A DNA stretch of 64,000 nucleotides from Octopus vulgaris (GCA_951406725.2 OX597821.1:6820001-6884000); one strand, 5' to 3'; positions 24,147-39,808 are shown, counted from the stretch's first letter. Numbers and translations are program-made. Notes: generated from the sequence alone by a model not told the origin.

Positions 24147-26019
24147 TATGCATAAAAATACACTCGCGAGCGCGCACGCATGTGTATGTGTGAGTGTGTG
24201 AGATAGTGTGTATCTGGTTTGGTATCAGAATATGCATAGGTGTTAGCAGTTATGAATTTTGGTGTTGACCCAGAACAGCGCTAAGTAAATCCTTCTCTTA
24301 GATGTATATTTCTGGTCGAATGGGCATTCTGCTGAGTGAATAGAGATACAGGTTTCAAAGGTTCGGAAGAAGAGAGATTTAGTTTAATAAGATTCTAGTT
24401 CGATAAATATTATGCAAGGTTAGGAGTTGTTGAATAAGAGAGTTTTGTAGTATTTCTATTAACAAATATTTGTTATTAATGACTCGGACCAAACTACTTT
24501 AGTAATAGGTTTATGAATTTAGTCAGTCGGAATTAAGGGACGATGGTCACCCCATGTCCAACGAGAGACGTAAACAAGAGACTATGGCACTACAACCAGC
24601 CAGGAACAGTCTTCGCTACATTTGCGGTACCTGCCAGAGAGAGTGTTTGTCCAGGATAGGACTACACAGCCACAGCAGGAAATGTATCAGGACATGAAAT
24701 GTAAAAGCCGGACTAGACTACAAAAAAAAAACAAAAAAAAAAAAAGATGCGCAACTCCATTGTCTCCCGAGACAGAAAGGATGCCAATACAATACAATGA
24801 ATTTAGCCACAGAGCAGAAGACTTCTTAACTGAACGGAAGTTTGATTCAATTAAAATGGTGTGGTGAGGTGGGGTGGTCTACTTTTTATCATATTTTCTC
24901 TCGATTCCTCCTTAATCGAATCCCAAACAAATTTCTTCATGCTTGAGCAAGTATTCTAAAACGTTTCCACAATTCAAAACTTTCATACTCCTTATAATTA
25001 ATATAAATCGTTGAGAGTAACTTCCCTTTTAATGCTCTTCAGACATTATACTTTCCACATTATCACTTCATAAAGGAAATTTATATATTTTTTCTTTATT
25101 TCAATTCTAAAGGTATTTTCTACTAAATTACCACTCTCTCTCAAATTAATATACTTTTAGCATACTTTCTCCCCCTCACTTTTCTCTTCTTATGTAGTTT
25201 ACTATTCACATCCATGCAACTATATAAATATTAAGTCTGAAACTAGAAAACAAACAGATCCGAAGCTGATCTGGATTAAAGAAGGGATGCCATTGAGAAG
25301 GTCACAGATGGGGATGAAAGAACTTTGACAAACTCAGCTGTTTGATTAACTGAATGGTTAAGCAAACAATCGATTAGTGAGTTGGCTAAACATCTGATGG
25401 ACTCGCGAATAGTAATAAGGAAGTGCAACTGAGCCAGTGCGAAAGTTTATTATTGGCGTAATGACCCTCCCGACGTATAGCAAAGTTCAATCCAAACATT
25501 CATTTCGTTCGTTCTAATCAGTCGAGTTACATTCCCTATTCCAAATTTGCCGATTCAAACTTCAACACTACTTTACCAACCAATATATATGTCTTCAAAT
25601 ATACCCCTTATCTTTCACTCCATTTACTTTCTCCTCCTATCTCCACTCAACAATCTATCTTCTTTTTCTTCGGCCTCCACTCCTTCACTTCGCTATATAT
25701 ACAACAAAACTCGAGGTTCTTTTGTTATAATTTGGTAGTTCAAAAGACGAAATTGATTTTAATCCTCGTTCTCTTGGGCTTTATTAAATTATTATAATTC
25801 CCCTTTTCTTATTGACTTCTTTTTACGAGTTCTTGTTTGTATTCACGCACAAATAGGATTATATATATGCGCGCGCGTGTGTATTCGTGCGTATGTTTGT
25901 GTGTATGCGTTTGATTAAATACATATGTGTATGTATATATCTAAGTATGCATCCATATATATATATATATAAATAAATTCTATATGTATATTTTATATAC
26001 ATATATATGTGTGTGTATA

Positions 26020-26640
26020 TAGATAGATAGATAGACGGAGAGGGAGAAAGAGAGAGAGAGAGAGAAAGAGAGAAAGAGAGAGACATACAGACAGACTGAC
26101 AGACACACAGAAAAACAGGCAGACAGACAGGCAGACACACAGACAGACTGATAGATAAATGGATAGATAGATAAATACATATATATATATATATATATAT
26201 GCACGCACGCAAACATGCATACATACATGCATACATACATGCACGCATAAATACATACATACATACATACATACATACATACATACATACATACATACAT
26301 GCATACATACATACATACATACATACATACATACATACATACATACATACATACATACATACATACATACATACATACATACATACATACATACAGGCAT
26401 ACATACATACATACATACATGCATACATACATACATACATACATACATACATACATACATACATACATACATACATGCATACATACATACATACATACAT
26501 ACATACATACATACATACATACATACATACATACATACATACATACATACATACATACATGCATACATACATACATACATACATACATACATACATACAT
26601 ACATGCATACATACATACATACATACATACATACATACAG
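26020..26640. repeat. compound (GATA)/(GA)/(GACA)/(TACA)n microsatellite
   Basis: Direct reading. Confidence 0.95.
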
Positions 26641-27332
26641 CTGCAAAAATTCATAAAGTCCAAACGTATATAGCAACATACGGAAATGATGTGAGGATGA
26701 GAGAGGAAAGGAGAAAGAGAGAGAGACATATAGGGACAGAGAATGAGAGACAGAGTAAGAGAGAGAGAAAGTGAGAGAGAGAACTGAAGGATAGCATTGA
26801 CAAGTTATTAAAACCGGATATTGTGCCATATCAATAACGTTTTCCATTCCTTTCTAGATGCAGGTCTCACCTGATGATACATCCTACTATGACGAGTTTA
26901 TTAATTTCCTTTCCCCGCAGGGAGAACGGAAAAACACAAAGCCAGTGTAATGAGTGAATTCGTAAATTTTTAACACAACCATTTTCATTTCACTTATTGT
27001 TTACTTTTGTTTTGTTACCGACATTTTTTTTTTTTCTGTTTTTGCTTTCCGCCATTTCTAAACAAAATGGCGACAACGCAGCTTTATTGAAAAGTGGTGT
27101 CTATTTTGTTATCATATCGTTGTCGTTGTCGTCGCTGTTGCTAAAATCCCAGTTTAGTTATGATAAAGCCGAGCTATCCTCAAAGGCACCCCAGCTCTTT
27201 AATTTTTTGTAGACACAAAAGTATCTAGGACTACATGTAACCAATGTATCTTTCGATACGTAGAGAGAGACAAAGAGACGTTCCTGCATTTGCTTATTGC
27301 TGTGTTGAAAACGAGTTTGTCATTCGATCTTG

Positions 27333-27803
27333 GTAGGAGTGGCTGTGTGGTAAGTAGCTTGCTTACGAACAACATGGTTCCGGGTTCAGTCCCACTGCGT
27401 GGCACCTTGGACAAATGTCTTCTATTATAGCCTCGGGCCGACCAAAGACTCGTGAGTGGATTTGGTAGACGGAAACTGAAAGAAGCCCGTAGTATATGTA
27501 TATATATATATATAATTTACAAAATAAGGGCAAAAGAAAAATACCAATGCCAAATATGCCGAAAAAAAGACAAAAATTGTCAATAACCATTATAATTTAT
27601 GCGTCTCGAGACGCATAAATTATAATGGTTATTGACAATTTTTGGGGTTTTTTTCGGCATATTTGGCATTAGTATTTTTCTTTTGCCCTTATTTTGAAAT
27701 AAATTATAAATTTAACCTTTAAAGGTATTTTTTGATATGCTGGCCATTGATAAAAAATTTTTCCCGGAAAAAAATTTATCCTACATTAGTTATATATATA
27801 TAC

Positions 27804-27841
<38 letters not shown>

Positions 27842-28087
27842 TTATGTATGTATGTATGTATGTATGTATGTATATATGTATGTATGTGTGTGTGTCCCCC
27901 CCAACATCGCTTGACAACCGATGCTGGTGTGTTTACGTCCCCGTAACTTAGCGGTTCGGCAAAAAAGACCGATAGAATAAGTACTAGGCTTACAAAGAAT
28001 AAATCCTGGGATCGATTTGCTCGACTAAAGGCGGTGCTCCAGCATGGTCACAGTCAAATGACTGAAACAAGTAAAAGAGTAAAGAGT
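27333..28087 (+). mobile_element. SINE family A interrupted in its internal (TA)n by a palindromic insert
   Basis: Head 27333-27495 and tail 27885-28087 are contiguous in intact copies such as 41837-42260. Confidence 0.9.
27511..27792. mobile_element. loopless fold-back element in (TA)n
   Basis: Arms of about 97 bp (27511-27607 / 27608-27708) centred on gcgtctc|gagacgc, plus an 85-bp right extension. Confidence 0.85.
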
Positions 28088-28237
28088 ATGTATAACAGAC
28101 CGATGACATTTTGTTTGCGTTTACCCACAGTTCTGCCATGAACTTCCAAAATTATATTCAAAAGTTTTCTATTCGTGACTACGTCATATTTATTTATGCT
28201 GTTTATCAAGGAAGACCACAATATTCATTCCCCTTTT

Positions 28238-29035
28238 ATGGTGTCGAACTGGCCGAATCGTTAGCGCGCCGGGCGAAATGCTTAGCAGTATTTCGTCTGT
28301 CTTTACGTTCTGAGTTCAAATTCCGCCGAGGTTGACTTTGTCTTTCATCCTTTCAGGGTCGATAATTTAAGTACCAGTTAATCGTCTGGCCCTCTACCCG
28401 CAAAATGTTGGGCCTTGTTCCTAGAGTAGAAAAGAATATCATTAAAGTTATTAAAGCCATTATATTTCCAGCCAGTTTATGTGAATTGCTGCTGTACTAC
28501 AAGGTGGGTGCGCCGAGGTCGACTTTGCCTTTCATCCTTTCGGGGTCGATAAAATTAACTACCAGCTGCATACTGAGGTCGATGGAATCGACTGCCCCCC
28601 TCCCCAAAAATTTCGCAGCTTGTGCCTAGAGTAGAAAAGAATATTCATTTCTGTTTTTATGGAGACAATATGTAACTTGAGGCAGATTTGGCAGTTATTT
28701 CTATCGGTCTGAGCAAGCGCGTAGAGGCTTCCTGGTTCTTGAACAGTGACTGGATGTGTTTCGCTATTTTGTGTTATTTACTTTTAGTTATTGGAGTGCA
28801 TTGGAAATATTGCTGTTATGGTTGATTGGATTAAATGTTTTACATTATCATTGGAACATAGTTACACTAGGTAGCGTTGTAATATTTAGCAAAGATTCTT
28901 TTCTACTCGAGACACAGGGCCCGAAATTTTAGGGGAGAGGGCCAGTCGATTAGATCGACCCCAGTGCGCGACTGCTACTTAATTTATCGACCCCGGGAGG
29001 ATGAAAGGCAAAGTCGACTTCGGCGAAATTTGAAT
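28238..29035. mobile_element. three SINE family B copies (28238-28438 +, 28510-28645 +, 28895-29035 -)
   Basis: gtcgactttgcctttcatcc core and cctagagtagaaaagaat tail. Confidence 0.85.
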
Positions 29036-29792
29036 AAGACGCTGCTTTAAAAAATTAAATAGATATTGGGACCTGTCTATTTGACTAAATCCCTTCAAGG
29101 GCCGTGCCCCACCACGGCTGCAATCGAATGACCGAACCGAATAAAAGAAACAATTAATAAAAATCTACTATAATAATACTTTAGTGTTTTTCTCCATCAC
29201 AGCATATGAATGAGAAAGGAAGGGGTGATGGATGAATAAGGAAGGAAGGGGTGATGGCAAACTGGTAATGAGAGCGTTTCGACTCTGTGTGAGTAAATGT
29301 GTGTGTATGTAAAAGGGAGGTATGTGAATGTTTGCGCGCGTCTGTGTGTGTACAATGGACGTGGGATGGTGAACGTTCAACACTGAAAAGGAAGATCAAA
29401 CAGCGTTTCAACTCTGTGTGAGTATATGTGTGTACATGTGTGCGTTTACGAGGGAAGCATGTGTATGTTTGTATGTGTGAACCAGCGTTCTTTCAGTAAC
29501 AAACGATGATCGATGTCACATCTCAAAAGACAACCACTAGATAACACTGACAAGTGTATTAATTTGATTTACCATCCATATTTTGTCCGTTGTGTTACAA
29601 ATAATTATTACAATCACACTCCTACACAAATGTATACACATACAAACTTATTAGAGAAAATAATTATTGTCTGGGGGTTTCAAAAATATAAAACGTCTGC
29701 AGTTGGAAGGGGTATTATAAATTTGGTAATAAAAGAATTCTTATATGTTTGCAAGGGATAGTTATACATCTCCAACTAGCAGGTCATGCTAC

Positions 29793-29835
29793 TCCAGACT
29801 GATGACGAGGGAAGACTCAGAAACTAGTCTCTGGA
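29793..29835 (+). ncRNA. type I hammerhead ribozyme, canonical core
   Basis: tccaga CTGATGA c-gag-ggaaga-ctc-a GAAA ctag TC tctgga: perfect 6-bp stem I, palindromic ACTAGT stem III, GUC site. Confidence 0.8.
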
Positions 29836-30129
29836 TGGAGGCTTAGCTGGGTGGGGTGCTTATCTCCCCCTTGCAAACATAAGGACACAGGAAATGTGTC
29901 AAGGCCGCCAGGAAGCGGTGCTGCTTACCAGGGTTAAATATCAGTAGTATTATTCCCTTTATGGGACTGTCACATTAAGTTGACAGTAGACAACTACTTT
30001 ATCGTACCACTACTGCATAAATCTCTCTGAGATATTTAAAAATGTATTATTTCTATAATAAAAGAATTATTAAACTAAAAACTTGGTTTTGTCCCTTATT
30101 TGTATATAAAATACCACAATTAGTCGTCA

Positions 30130-30985
30130 TTTTTGACAGTACGGAATCAGCTTGTAAATAAACATCCACTGAGTTTCCGGTAGTAACTTGAGTAACAATA
30201 TATGCAGTGCCACTACGGTACCAACAAGAATTCTTGTAAAAAGCTGTGTGTTTCTGTTGCACTCGTCAGTAAAGATCAGTGAAGTGACAGCGCGAAAACT
30301 AATCATCGTTGTGATACCATTGTGACCTTTAAAATTCGTCTCAGTGACACGGATGAAATGCTTTGTCAGCGTCAACTGTGGAACAAAAGTGAATATTCAG
30401 AGAAATCATAGTAGTAACAGCAGGAACTTTAGTGAAGATCTATGTCTTATCTTGTTACTTATATTAAACATGGGCTGTGGGAATTTTATTTACCATTACT
30501 CTGATACTGCAATGATCTTTAGAAAATCGTTTCTGTTGTATGACCGAGAAGCACAAACTTGTGCGATTCCGGGAACATCTGCAATACTGTAACCGTATGT
30601 ATCTTCGTGGATATATTATATTGTATGATCCAATGATAAGCTGCATTCTAGAACGGGTGGATAACGAACTCAATTTCGGCGGGACTCTGATCATTTTTGA
30701 TCCATCTAAAGTTTTCCACTGGTTCAACCATAGTTTCTTGGTGTTTGTCCAATCAGTTTTAATTTGATTCCGGAATATACAAAATGGTTACTTTTCAAAA
30801 TCTTTTCAAATCACACGATTGGTCCTATCCAGAAGGGGGAATCCTCTCCCATTTATTCTTTATGTTCTGACTCACGAAGCATTTCTACAGAAATGTTCAG
30901 TCGTTTTGTTGGTACACATAAGTGGCAGCATTCTTTAAGTGGGGAGTAACCAAATTTGATGGTGTTAGGTAAGTGAATGACGACT
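30130..30985 (-). pseudogene. possible decayed C-type-lectin/PAN-like coding remnant
   Basis: Minus-strand peptides SPFWIG, WLNQWKTLDGS, ESHKFV, then NFKGHN...SLIFTDECNRNTQ..FYKNSCW, broken by stops and frameshifts; motif-level resemblance only. Confidence 0.25.
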
Positions 30986-31461
30986 GAAATTACTGACTGG
31001 CGCCAACATCATACCCAACCATGAGTTTTACTCAAAAAAAGGAACTGATGTCGCTGGTTATACTAAACTTTTATCCTGTCGTGAAAGTGGCGAAATGTCC
31101 TGTCCAAATAAGTGGATCTAAAAATAACGAAAATATCTGGTGTCTCATTCACAACAGTAGTACCACGTGACCTGAACGGACCAATATAGGCCATCTTTAA
31201 CTCTTCTTCTAGCATCTGATGAGTTGGGCGTGTCCCACACGCACAATGCGTCTATATGCATATTATATGTTTATTATGTTTATATTATACACACACACAC
31301 ATTAGCGAATGTATATACTCGTGAACATCTAGTGCATGGCTGTGTAGGTTAGGATGATTTGGCATCGATTTTGGCGGATTGCCAATATTAAGTTTTCAGT
31401 GTTCGATGGACGAAAATCGATACTAACCATAAGTCATTTACAAACCATATAACCCCCACGA

Positions 31462-31527
<66 letters not shown>

Positions 31528-31778
31528 GTCAATTCATTGTCAGTGCGGTCGTAAAGGTGACTGACGAAACTATAAAATTGTAAAGTATTTATATGCATTT
31601 CTGCATATATGCATGTATGCGTTTAGATATAAATGAATGTGTATATAGGGAGGGAGAAGGGTGTATGGTTGAATGATTGCGTTTATATATACTTGTAAGC
31701 ATGCTGTATGAATGCGTGCATTTGTATATATACATACATACATATATTCATACACATACACTCGTATATGTATATATG

Positions 31779-31811
<33 letters not shown>

Positions 31812-31841
31812 GTATGTATACATACACACACACACACACAC

Positions 31842-31882
<41 letters not shown>

Positions 31883-31886
31883 CTCA

Positions 31887-32026
<140 letters not shown>

Positions 32027-32034
32027 TAATAATA

Positions 32035-32410
32035 TGAGGGAATATTATTCCAAACTAACAGGGAAAAATTCAATTTAGAAATACTAAATCAAATTTCACA
32101 AGATATAATATATATATATATAAATTAGAAAAAACCCATCTATTATCAATTCAATAATGAAAAATTAAATTACATCATCTAGAAAATTACATATAGAAAA
32201 ATTAAATATAAGATAAAAAGTATAACGATGATTAAGTAATGTGCAAAATAATAAATAAAACGTATATATTTGGTAAAATAACGACACGTGTTTCGTGGCT
32301 ATAATTAATAAATGATTATAGTAAAAATATTAGTAGTATTAGTAACATCACTTCAGTATAAATATAGCCATTTATCAGGTTAAAGATAACTACAATAATA
32401 GAATAATTAT
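32035..32410 (-). mobile_element. AT-rich HHR-bearing element, same family as 34034-34508
   Basis: 32035-32105 is the reverse complement of 34436-34506; 32122-32282 matches 34034-34195. Confidence 0.8.
32279..32382 (-). ncRNA. hammerhead motif with long loop II, G8A core change
   Basis: Minus strand taac CTGATAA a tggctata-(about 60 nt)-tatagcca c GAAA cacgtg TC gtta; palindromic ACACGTGT stem III. Confidence 0.65.
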
Positions 32411-32429
32411 TTTGTGTGTGTGTGTGTGT

Positions 32430-32586
32430 CACTAGCGTAGCTAGGGGGTGGTAGGGGCGTTGCCCCGGGTGGATCATTTAAAAGGGCTACACTGGGTCTG
32501 CTGTACGAAATACATGCTTTTTGCGGAGTCTGGGGAGCGGTAAACGGGCTTAGTGATATACTACATATCACTATAGTACGCTAGTG
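32430..32586. mobile_element. MITE with 10-bp perfect TIRs
   Basis: CACTAGCGTA ... TACGCTAGTG; TSD not evident. Confidence 0.6.
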
Positions 32587-32795
32587 ATACGCATACGTTT
32601 GTGTGTATGTAGATGCACAATCGTTTGAGCATGGAAAAATGAGCTTTGCAGTGTTTGTTCCGGTTCGTTATTTGTTGAGTTAAAATTCCGGCGAGCTTTA
32701 CTTGATCTTTCATTCTTCTGATGAGAGAGAATATCAGTCGAGTACTGGCGACGATATACTCGACTATTCCACCTTCACACAAGATTTATACCCTG

Positions 32796-32840
<45 letters not shown>

Positions 32841-33177
32841 GCATACACACACATACTCACACACACGCATATACATACATAAATACATACACACACACAC
32901 GCATCCCGACACACCTACTTACGTACATACATACATACATGCATACATACATACATACATACATACATACATACATACATACATACATGCATGCATGCAT
33001 GCATATATACGTACATACGTACTCACATATAAGGTTTGGTTTTTCACCAGCATGTTGCTGAAACGATGGTAAACTATGGAATAAGTGTGTAATACCAGAT
33101 ACTCCATCCTTCATATACCATATATATATACCATATATATATATACATATATATACATATATACATATATATATATG

Positions 33178-33264
<87 letters not shown>

Positions 33265-33303
33265 AATACATATACATATTCACACATATATATATATATA
33301 TAT

Positions 33304-33373
<70 letters not shown>

Positions 33374-33690
33374 GGATAGATAGATAGATAGATATACACA
33401 CTTACATATATATTTCATAACGTTTATGAGCATTTATAAACGTAGAACTCAACAGGTGAGTGAACAGATGTTTATATTCCAGAAAAGCGCCGATCGTTCA
33501 GGATTGATGTGAGACTAAACAACGACAACATCAATAATATCGCTTTCAAATGTTGGCACAAGGCCAGCAATTTCAAGTCGGTTACAATGACCCAAGTATT
33601 CAACTGGTACGCTTTTTTATTGACTCTGAAAGGATCAAAGGTTTCGGCAACATTGCAACTCTGAACGTAAAGACGGAAAAAATTTCGCTA

Positions 33691-34872
<1,182 letters not shown>

Positions 34873-35357
34873 AAATAAGCTGCCTCGTGGGCTGACGATT
34901 CTGGCAGCCATTCGCCTTGAAACAGCGTCGTTAATATCTCTAGTGTAAAATGGATGCTGGTTTCCATGGTACATCAATTAACGGAGTAAACCTATAGTCT
35001 TGTTGATACAAAATAGACAATCTACTACGAGACAGTATATATATATTAGGTTACACACAACCACACACACACACACACAAATACATACACATGCACACAT
35101 ATAGACACATATGTAAATACATGCATACATATATATATATGTGTGAGAGTATGTGTTTGTATGTATGTGTACACACACACACACATATAACCATTGTCGT
35201 ATGGTTTGGTATAACACTGGAACTGTCTTTGCCATCTCATAGCATCTCACCATCTTCATATTTTACGGTTATTTAGCATATGTGCATGTGTGTGTTTGTG
35301 TGTGTGTTATGTATGTATGTATGTGTGTATGTATGTATGTATGTATGTATGTATGTA

Positions 35358-35412
<55 letters not shown>

Positions 35413-35419
35413 AAGTGGA

Positions 35420-35718
35420 TATTCGCCGGTTCCGACGATGAGTATTGAGCTGTTAGATTAACTGGCCTAGCTGCTCAGTGCTCAGTTCACATAAGTCCGT
35501 ATGGAGCATAGGCACGGTTCTCTGGTGTATAAATATTCCTCTCTAGACTGGGCGCCGGTTCGTCGTAGAAATACTCATTTTTACCGACTAAGTGGACTGG
35601 AGGAACGTAAAATGAAGTATTTTGCTCAAGAACACAACGCATCACCCGGTCCAGGAATCGAAACCACAGTCTTTCGACCGTAAATCCAACACCCTAACCA
35701 CTAAGCCATGCGTCTCCA
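35420..35718 (-). mobile_element. tRNA-derived SINE related to family C
   Basis: Minus head tggagacgcatggcttagtggttagggtg...ggtttcgattcctgg...ttcttgagcaaaa; tail similar to 19365-19392. Confidence 0.7.
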
Positions 35719-37634
35719 CAACTGGACTACCTGCTAATTGATTTAGAGTGTGAAGTAGCATAATAGTCGACAGGCAACGTCATTCACCGGTTGAATTAGC
35801 GCGACAAAAGTTTGTCTACAAACTACATGTTCAACTCTTCCGATGGGCTTCCACTGAGTTACCGTCTATCCAATTTCATTCAAAATGTACAGGTCAACCA
35901 GTGTCATGCCAAAAGACACGCGCCCAATGTGCCACGTGGTGGGATCCACCCCGACCCTCCTTCATGATTGTCAACTGAACTGATCCATTTCGTTGAAATA
36001 CCTTACTGTAATCACCCTGTATAGTTTCAGCTCTGTATAACAGCTATTAACACTAAGTATCATAAAAAAATATGTGCAGAAATCAGTAGCACAGGCATAC
36101 AGAGGACGATATATGTCAGAATAGGAGAGCTGGGTTCAAGGAAGATAACTCAGACCGCTTAAATCGTCGTTGTCATTTTTTTCCGTCACACTCAAGCCGC
36201 AGTGAAGTAGAAATAACATTGAGAATTTTAATTTTACACAATGTAATATAATATAATATAATATAATATAATATAGTATAATATAATGTAATATAATATA
36301 ATTATGAGTTTATTCTATACAGTGCTCAGGTACATTTCAATTAATGGAAAAAGGTAAAAGAGGGGAGATAAATCAGCTTACTCGCATACTGTGTCGTACC
36401 TTGTTCCAGCTGGGGATTACGTGAAGGATACACTTTTCTGTATATTCTTCCTCAACTTACACATTAAGTGAAGGAATATTCATTGTTGAGTGGCTGTCCT
36501 GAGGTCCCCTTCATGTCTCTGAAAGATACTGCAGACGTGATCGGTATGACGGCACATAGACGTCAACTTGGCAGAATGATTAAGAAGTTGGTTTCGTAAC
36601 TGTTACATTTCGGATTGATCTTACGGTGCAATATCTTGTGAAAGCGTATTAGGCAAGAATCTGACATCGGCACAAGAATTATGAGTAAAACTGAATAGAT
36701 GGAAATTTCGAGATGGCCATTGGATTGTACCTTTAAATTGTAGAATTGTACCTTTAAATCAAATATCCAGTCAGTTATACACTAAGTGATGCTAATTTTA
36801 GCTGGGTACGACGTTTATCCAAGTAGAATCTGCTACTTACATATTAAACTCTGCTACTTACACGTTTTATCCAGCTACGGTATACTCAACTACTTATATG
36901 CTGAATGAACGAATATTCATCGTCGAAACCAATAGATAAACTATTAAGCATCAGTCGGTGGTCAGTAGCTTGATTAAAGAATAATGCTTTATTACATTGA
37001 CTGTCAGTGTTCAACCATTTTATATTCAAATGTTGTCAGTAAAGCTTTGGTCTGTCGCTCTCTTTAGATTCAATTTTGATAACAGAATTACTTGCAACGC
37101 CATGTTCATGTAACCGTATTATATTAGTATACACCCGAAACTAATATCTGTGAGGCTTTAGGATTCAGTCATAGGGGTCAGTTAGAGACGTATGGCCGCA
37201 CGGACCGGTTACCAGAAAACCGACAATACTACAGAGAACTCGTTTTTCCTACCTGTTCTCACCTGTCGTCATGAATGTTGATTGAGTGTGCGATCACGAA
37301 ATATGGTACCTCTGAAGCATCTCTAGCATAAAATTATTCCATGGGTGCGTGGCTCGAGGATCAAGGATTCTCTCCTAGCCGAGCCGCCGTTACTTTTCTA
37401 CGTTGAGAGACAACTCCGGATATGTTACGAGAATGCTTTAGGAAAGAATCACAGAATTTACCACCAGTTCTGTTGCACCGTGCCAAAATGGATGCGGGGC
37501 ACCACAGAAATGATAAATGGTTCATGGCATAGAAGGGATCACTTTAAACTTGCAAACATAATATTTAGGGTGCCTTATCTATACTATACATAGAAGCAGA
37601 TGGGTTTTGGGGATATGTACGTACGCACATATAT

Positions 37635-37885
37635 ACGTATGTATGTATGTATGTATGTATGTATGTATGTATGTATGTATGTATGTATGTATGTATGTAT
37701 GTATGTACGTATGTACGTATGTATGTACGTAAGTAGGTATGTATAAATGTATGTATGTACGTACATACGTACATAAGTATGTATGTATTTATGAATGCAT
37801 GTATGTTTGTATATTGTTATTACTATAAAGGTGTGCATGCATATATGTATATATATATGTATATGCACGAATATCTGTATATGTA
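37635..37885. repeat. (TATG)n tract
   Basis: Direct reading. Confidence 0.9.
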
Positions 37886-38518
37886 TATCTATCCATCCAA
37901 GACTTTGCAATTAGAAAAAAAAAGTAGGACAAAACTGTTCAAATTTCAATCAAGTGGAAGTATACAAACGATTACTTTCCCTCTTTTTGTTAGTTTTGTT
38001 TCATTTTGAAAAATAAAACAATATTTTATGGTTTATTATTGTTTATATATAAATTATAAATATGCACCAACATTTTCTGAATGCTTAGGGCGGATAGAAC
38101 CCAAGGGAGGTAAGTACCTGAGAACTCAAACTTTACAACTCTCCCAGAAATGGAGGGCGAAAATGATGGATGGAAATTTACTTTCATCAAATATCTGCAT
38201 GATCACTTAATTTACAGTTTTTCTGTGATAGCCATGATAATCGTCTGATCACAAGAGCATCCCATCCAGCTCGGAATTGACATGTGTGGAAATGTATGGC
38301 TATTGGACAGCACCGTGTACTTTATACAATATAAAGAGGCAACGATATGCGGAAGCATTCGCCTTGCAGTGAATGGGAAAGTAGAATTTGAAATGACATT
38401 CAGACAGAGTAGTCTCCCTTGACTGATGCTGTTTTGTCTTTTTTCGTGCAGAGTTATTTTTTCTTCCCTTATCCTCCGTTGCACAGAATTAATCTCCATA
38501 AATAAAAATAATACTTAC

Positions 38519-38779
38519 TTGTTGTTGTTGTTGTTGTTAGTGGTGGTGATGATGGAGGTGGTGGCGGCAGTGATAATGGTGGTGAGCGCGGTGGTAGTGA
38601 TCTGCGGGTGGGGGCGCAGAGGCGGCGATGGTAGCAGCAATGGTGGTGACGATCACGGTAATGGTGGTGGCAGCGGGGACGGCGGTAGTGGTGGTAGTAG
38701 TGGTAGCGGCGGCGGCGGTGGCGGCGGTGGCGCCGGTGGTGGTGGTGGTGGTGTTGATGATGATGGTGGTGGTGATGAT
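38519..38779. repeat. (GTT)/(GGT)/(GGC)n low-complexity tract
   Basis: Direct reading; explains the Gly-rich ORF 38426-38821. Confidence 0.9.
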
Positions 38780-39000
38780 ACTGACGAAAAGTTTAGACAG
38801 GTAGAAACGGTCGAAGTATGACCTCTAAGATAATAAAGAATATGAAATTCCACATTTGTATGAAGTATTGAGTACTAAGTTTAAAAAAAAAAACATCTAC
38901 TTCGTTTGAACCTATTAACGTCGAAAACTATGTGTATGTGTGTGTTTATATGTGTGTGTGTGTGCGTGTATGTATACATACATATATATATATATATATA

Positions 39001-39301
39001 TCACCGTGACCACCGTGACTGACCAGGCTATCAGATGTTGCTACACATCGCTGGTCACAATGCGCTTCGCATTGTTTTATCCTTCAAATGACGCCACCCC
39101 GCTGGCTAAGCGAGCAGGCCAACAGAAGAAAGAGTAAGAGAAAGTTGTGGCGAAAGAGTACAGCAGGGATCGTCACCACCCGCTGCCGGACCCTCGTGGC
39201 GTTTTCGCTCAATAAACACTCACAACGCCCGGTCTGGGAATCGAAACCGCGATCCTACGACCGCGAGTCCGCTGCCCTAACCACTGGGCCATTGTGCCTC
39301 C
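39001..39301 (-). mobile_element. tRNA-derived SINE with a distinct body
   Basis: Minus head ggaggcacaatggcccagtggttagggcagcggac...ggtttcgattcccag; short tandem (cacggt) tail. Confidence 0.75.
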
Positions 39302-39384
39302 TCATATACATACATGTGTGTGTGTGTGTGTGTGTGTTTGTGTGTGTTTATGTGTCTATGCGTTCGTATCTTTGTATCTTATAT

Positions 39385-39585
39385 CCTTTATTTTTTACTT
39401 GTTTCAGATTTTAGACTGCGGCCATGCTGGGGCGTCACCTTGCAGAATTGTTTTATTCAATTCAATCGACCCCAGGACTTTTTTTATCAAGCCTGGTACT
39501 TATCGGCTGTTTTTGCTGAACCGCTAGGTTACGAGCTCGTAAACGCAACAGCGCTGATTGCCCCGTGAAGGTAGGGGGCAAACAT

Positions 39586-39641
<56 letters not shown>

Positions 39642-39808
39642 ATACATATGTATATGTATATGACGGGCTTCTTTCCGTTTCCGTCTACGAAATCCACTTA
39701 TGAGGGTTTGGTCGGCCCGAGGCTGCAGTAGAAGACACCCGTTCCAAGTGTCACGCAGTGGGACTGAACCTCGAACCATGTGGTCGGGAAGCAAGCTTCT
39801 TATCGCAC
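39385..39808 (-). mobile_element. diverged SINE family A
   Basis: Tail, (CA)n interior and head motifs. Confidence 0.85.

Noticed and set aside
24500-24870. Possible LTR retrotransposon PBS/gag start
   Set aside because: No paired LTR, no convincing tRNA complement and no gag motifs.
38775-38820. CTGACGA...GAAACGGTC hammerhead-like word
   Set aside because: Neither stem I nor stem II can form; at best a heavily decayed remnant.
38426-38821. Gly-rich ORF with a hydrophobic stretch
   Set aside because: Derived from GTT/GGT/GGC repeats; no splice or domain support.
39228-39301. tRNA gene candidates in SINE heads (also 1666-1723, 19077-19145, 35645-35718)
   Set aside because: A/B boxes are present, but the cloverleaf is incomplete and each runs into a SINE body or repeat.
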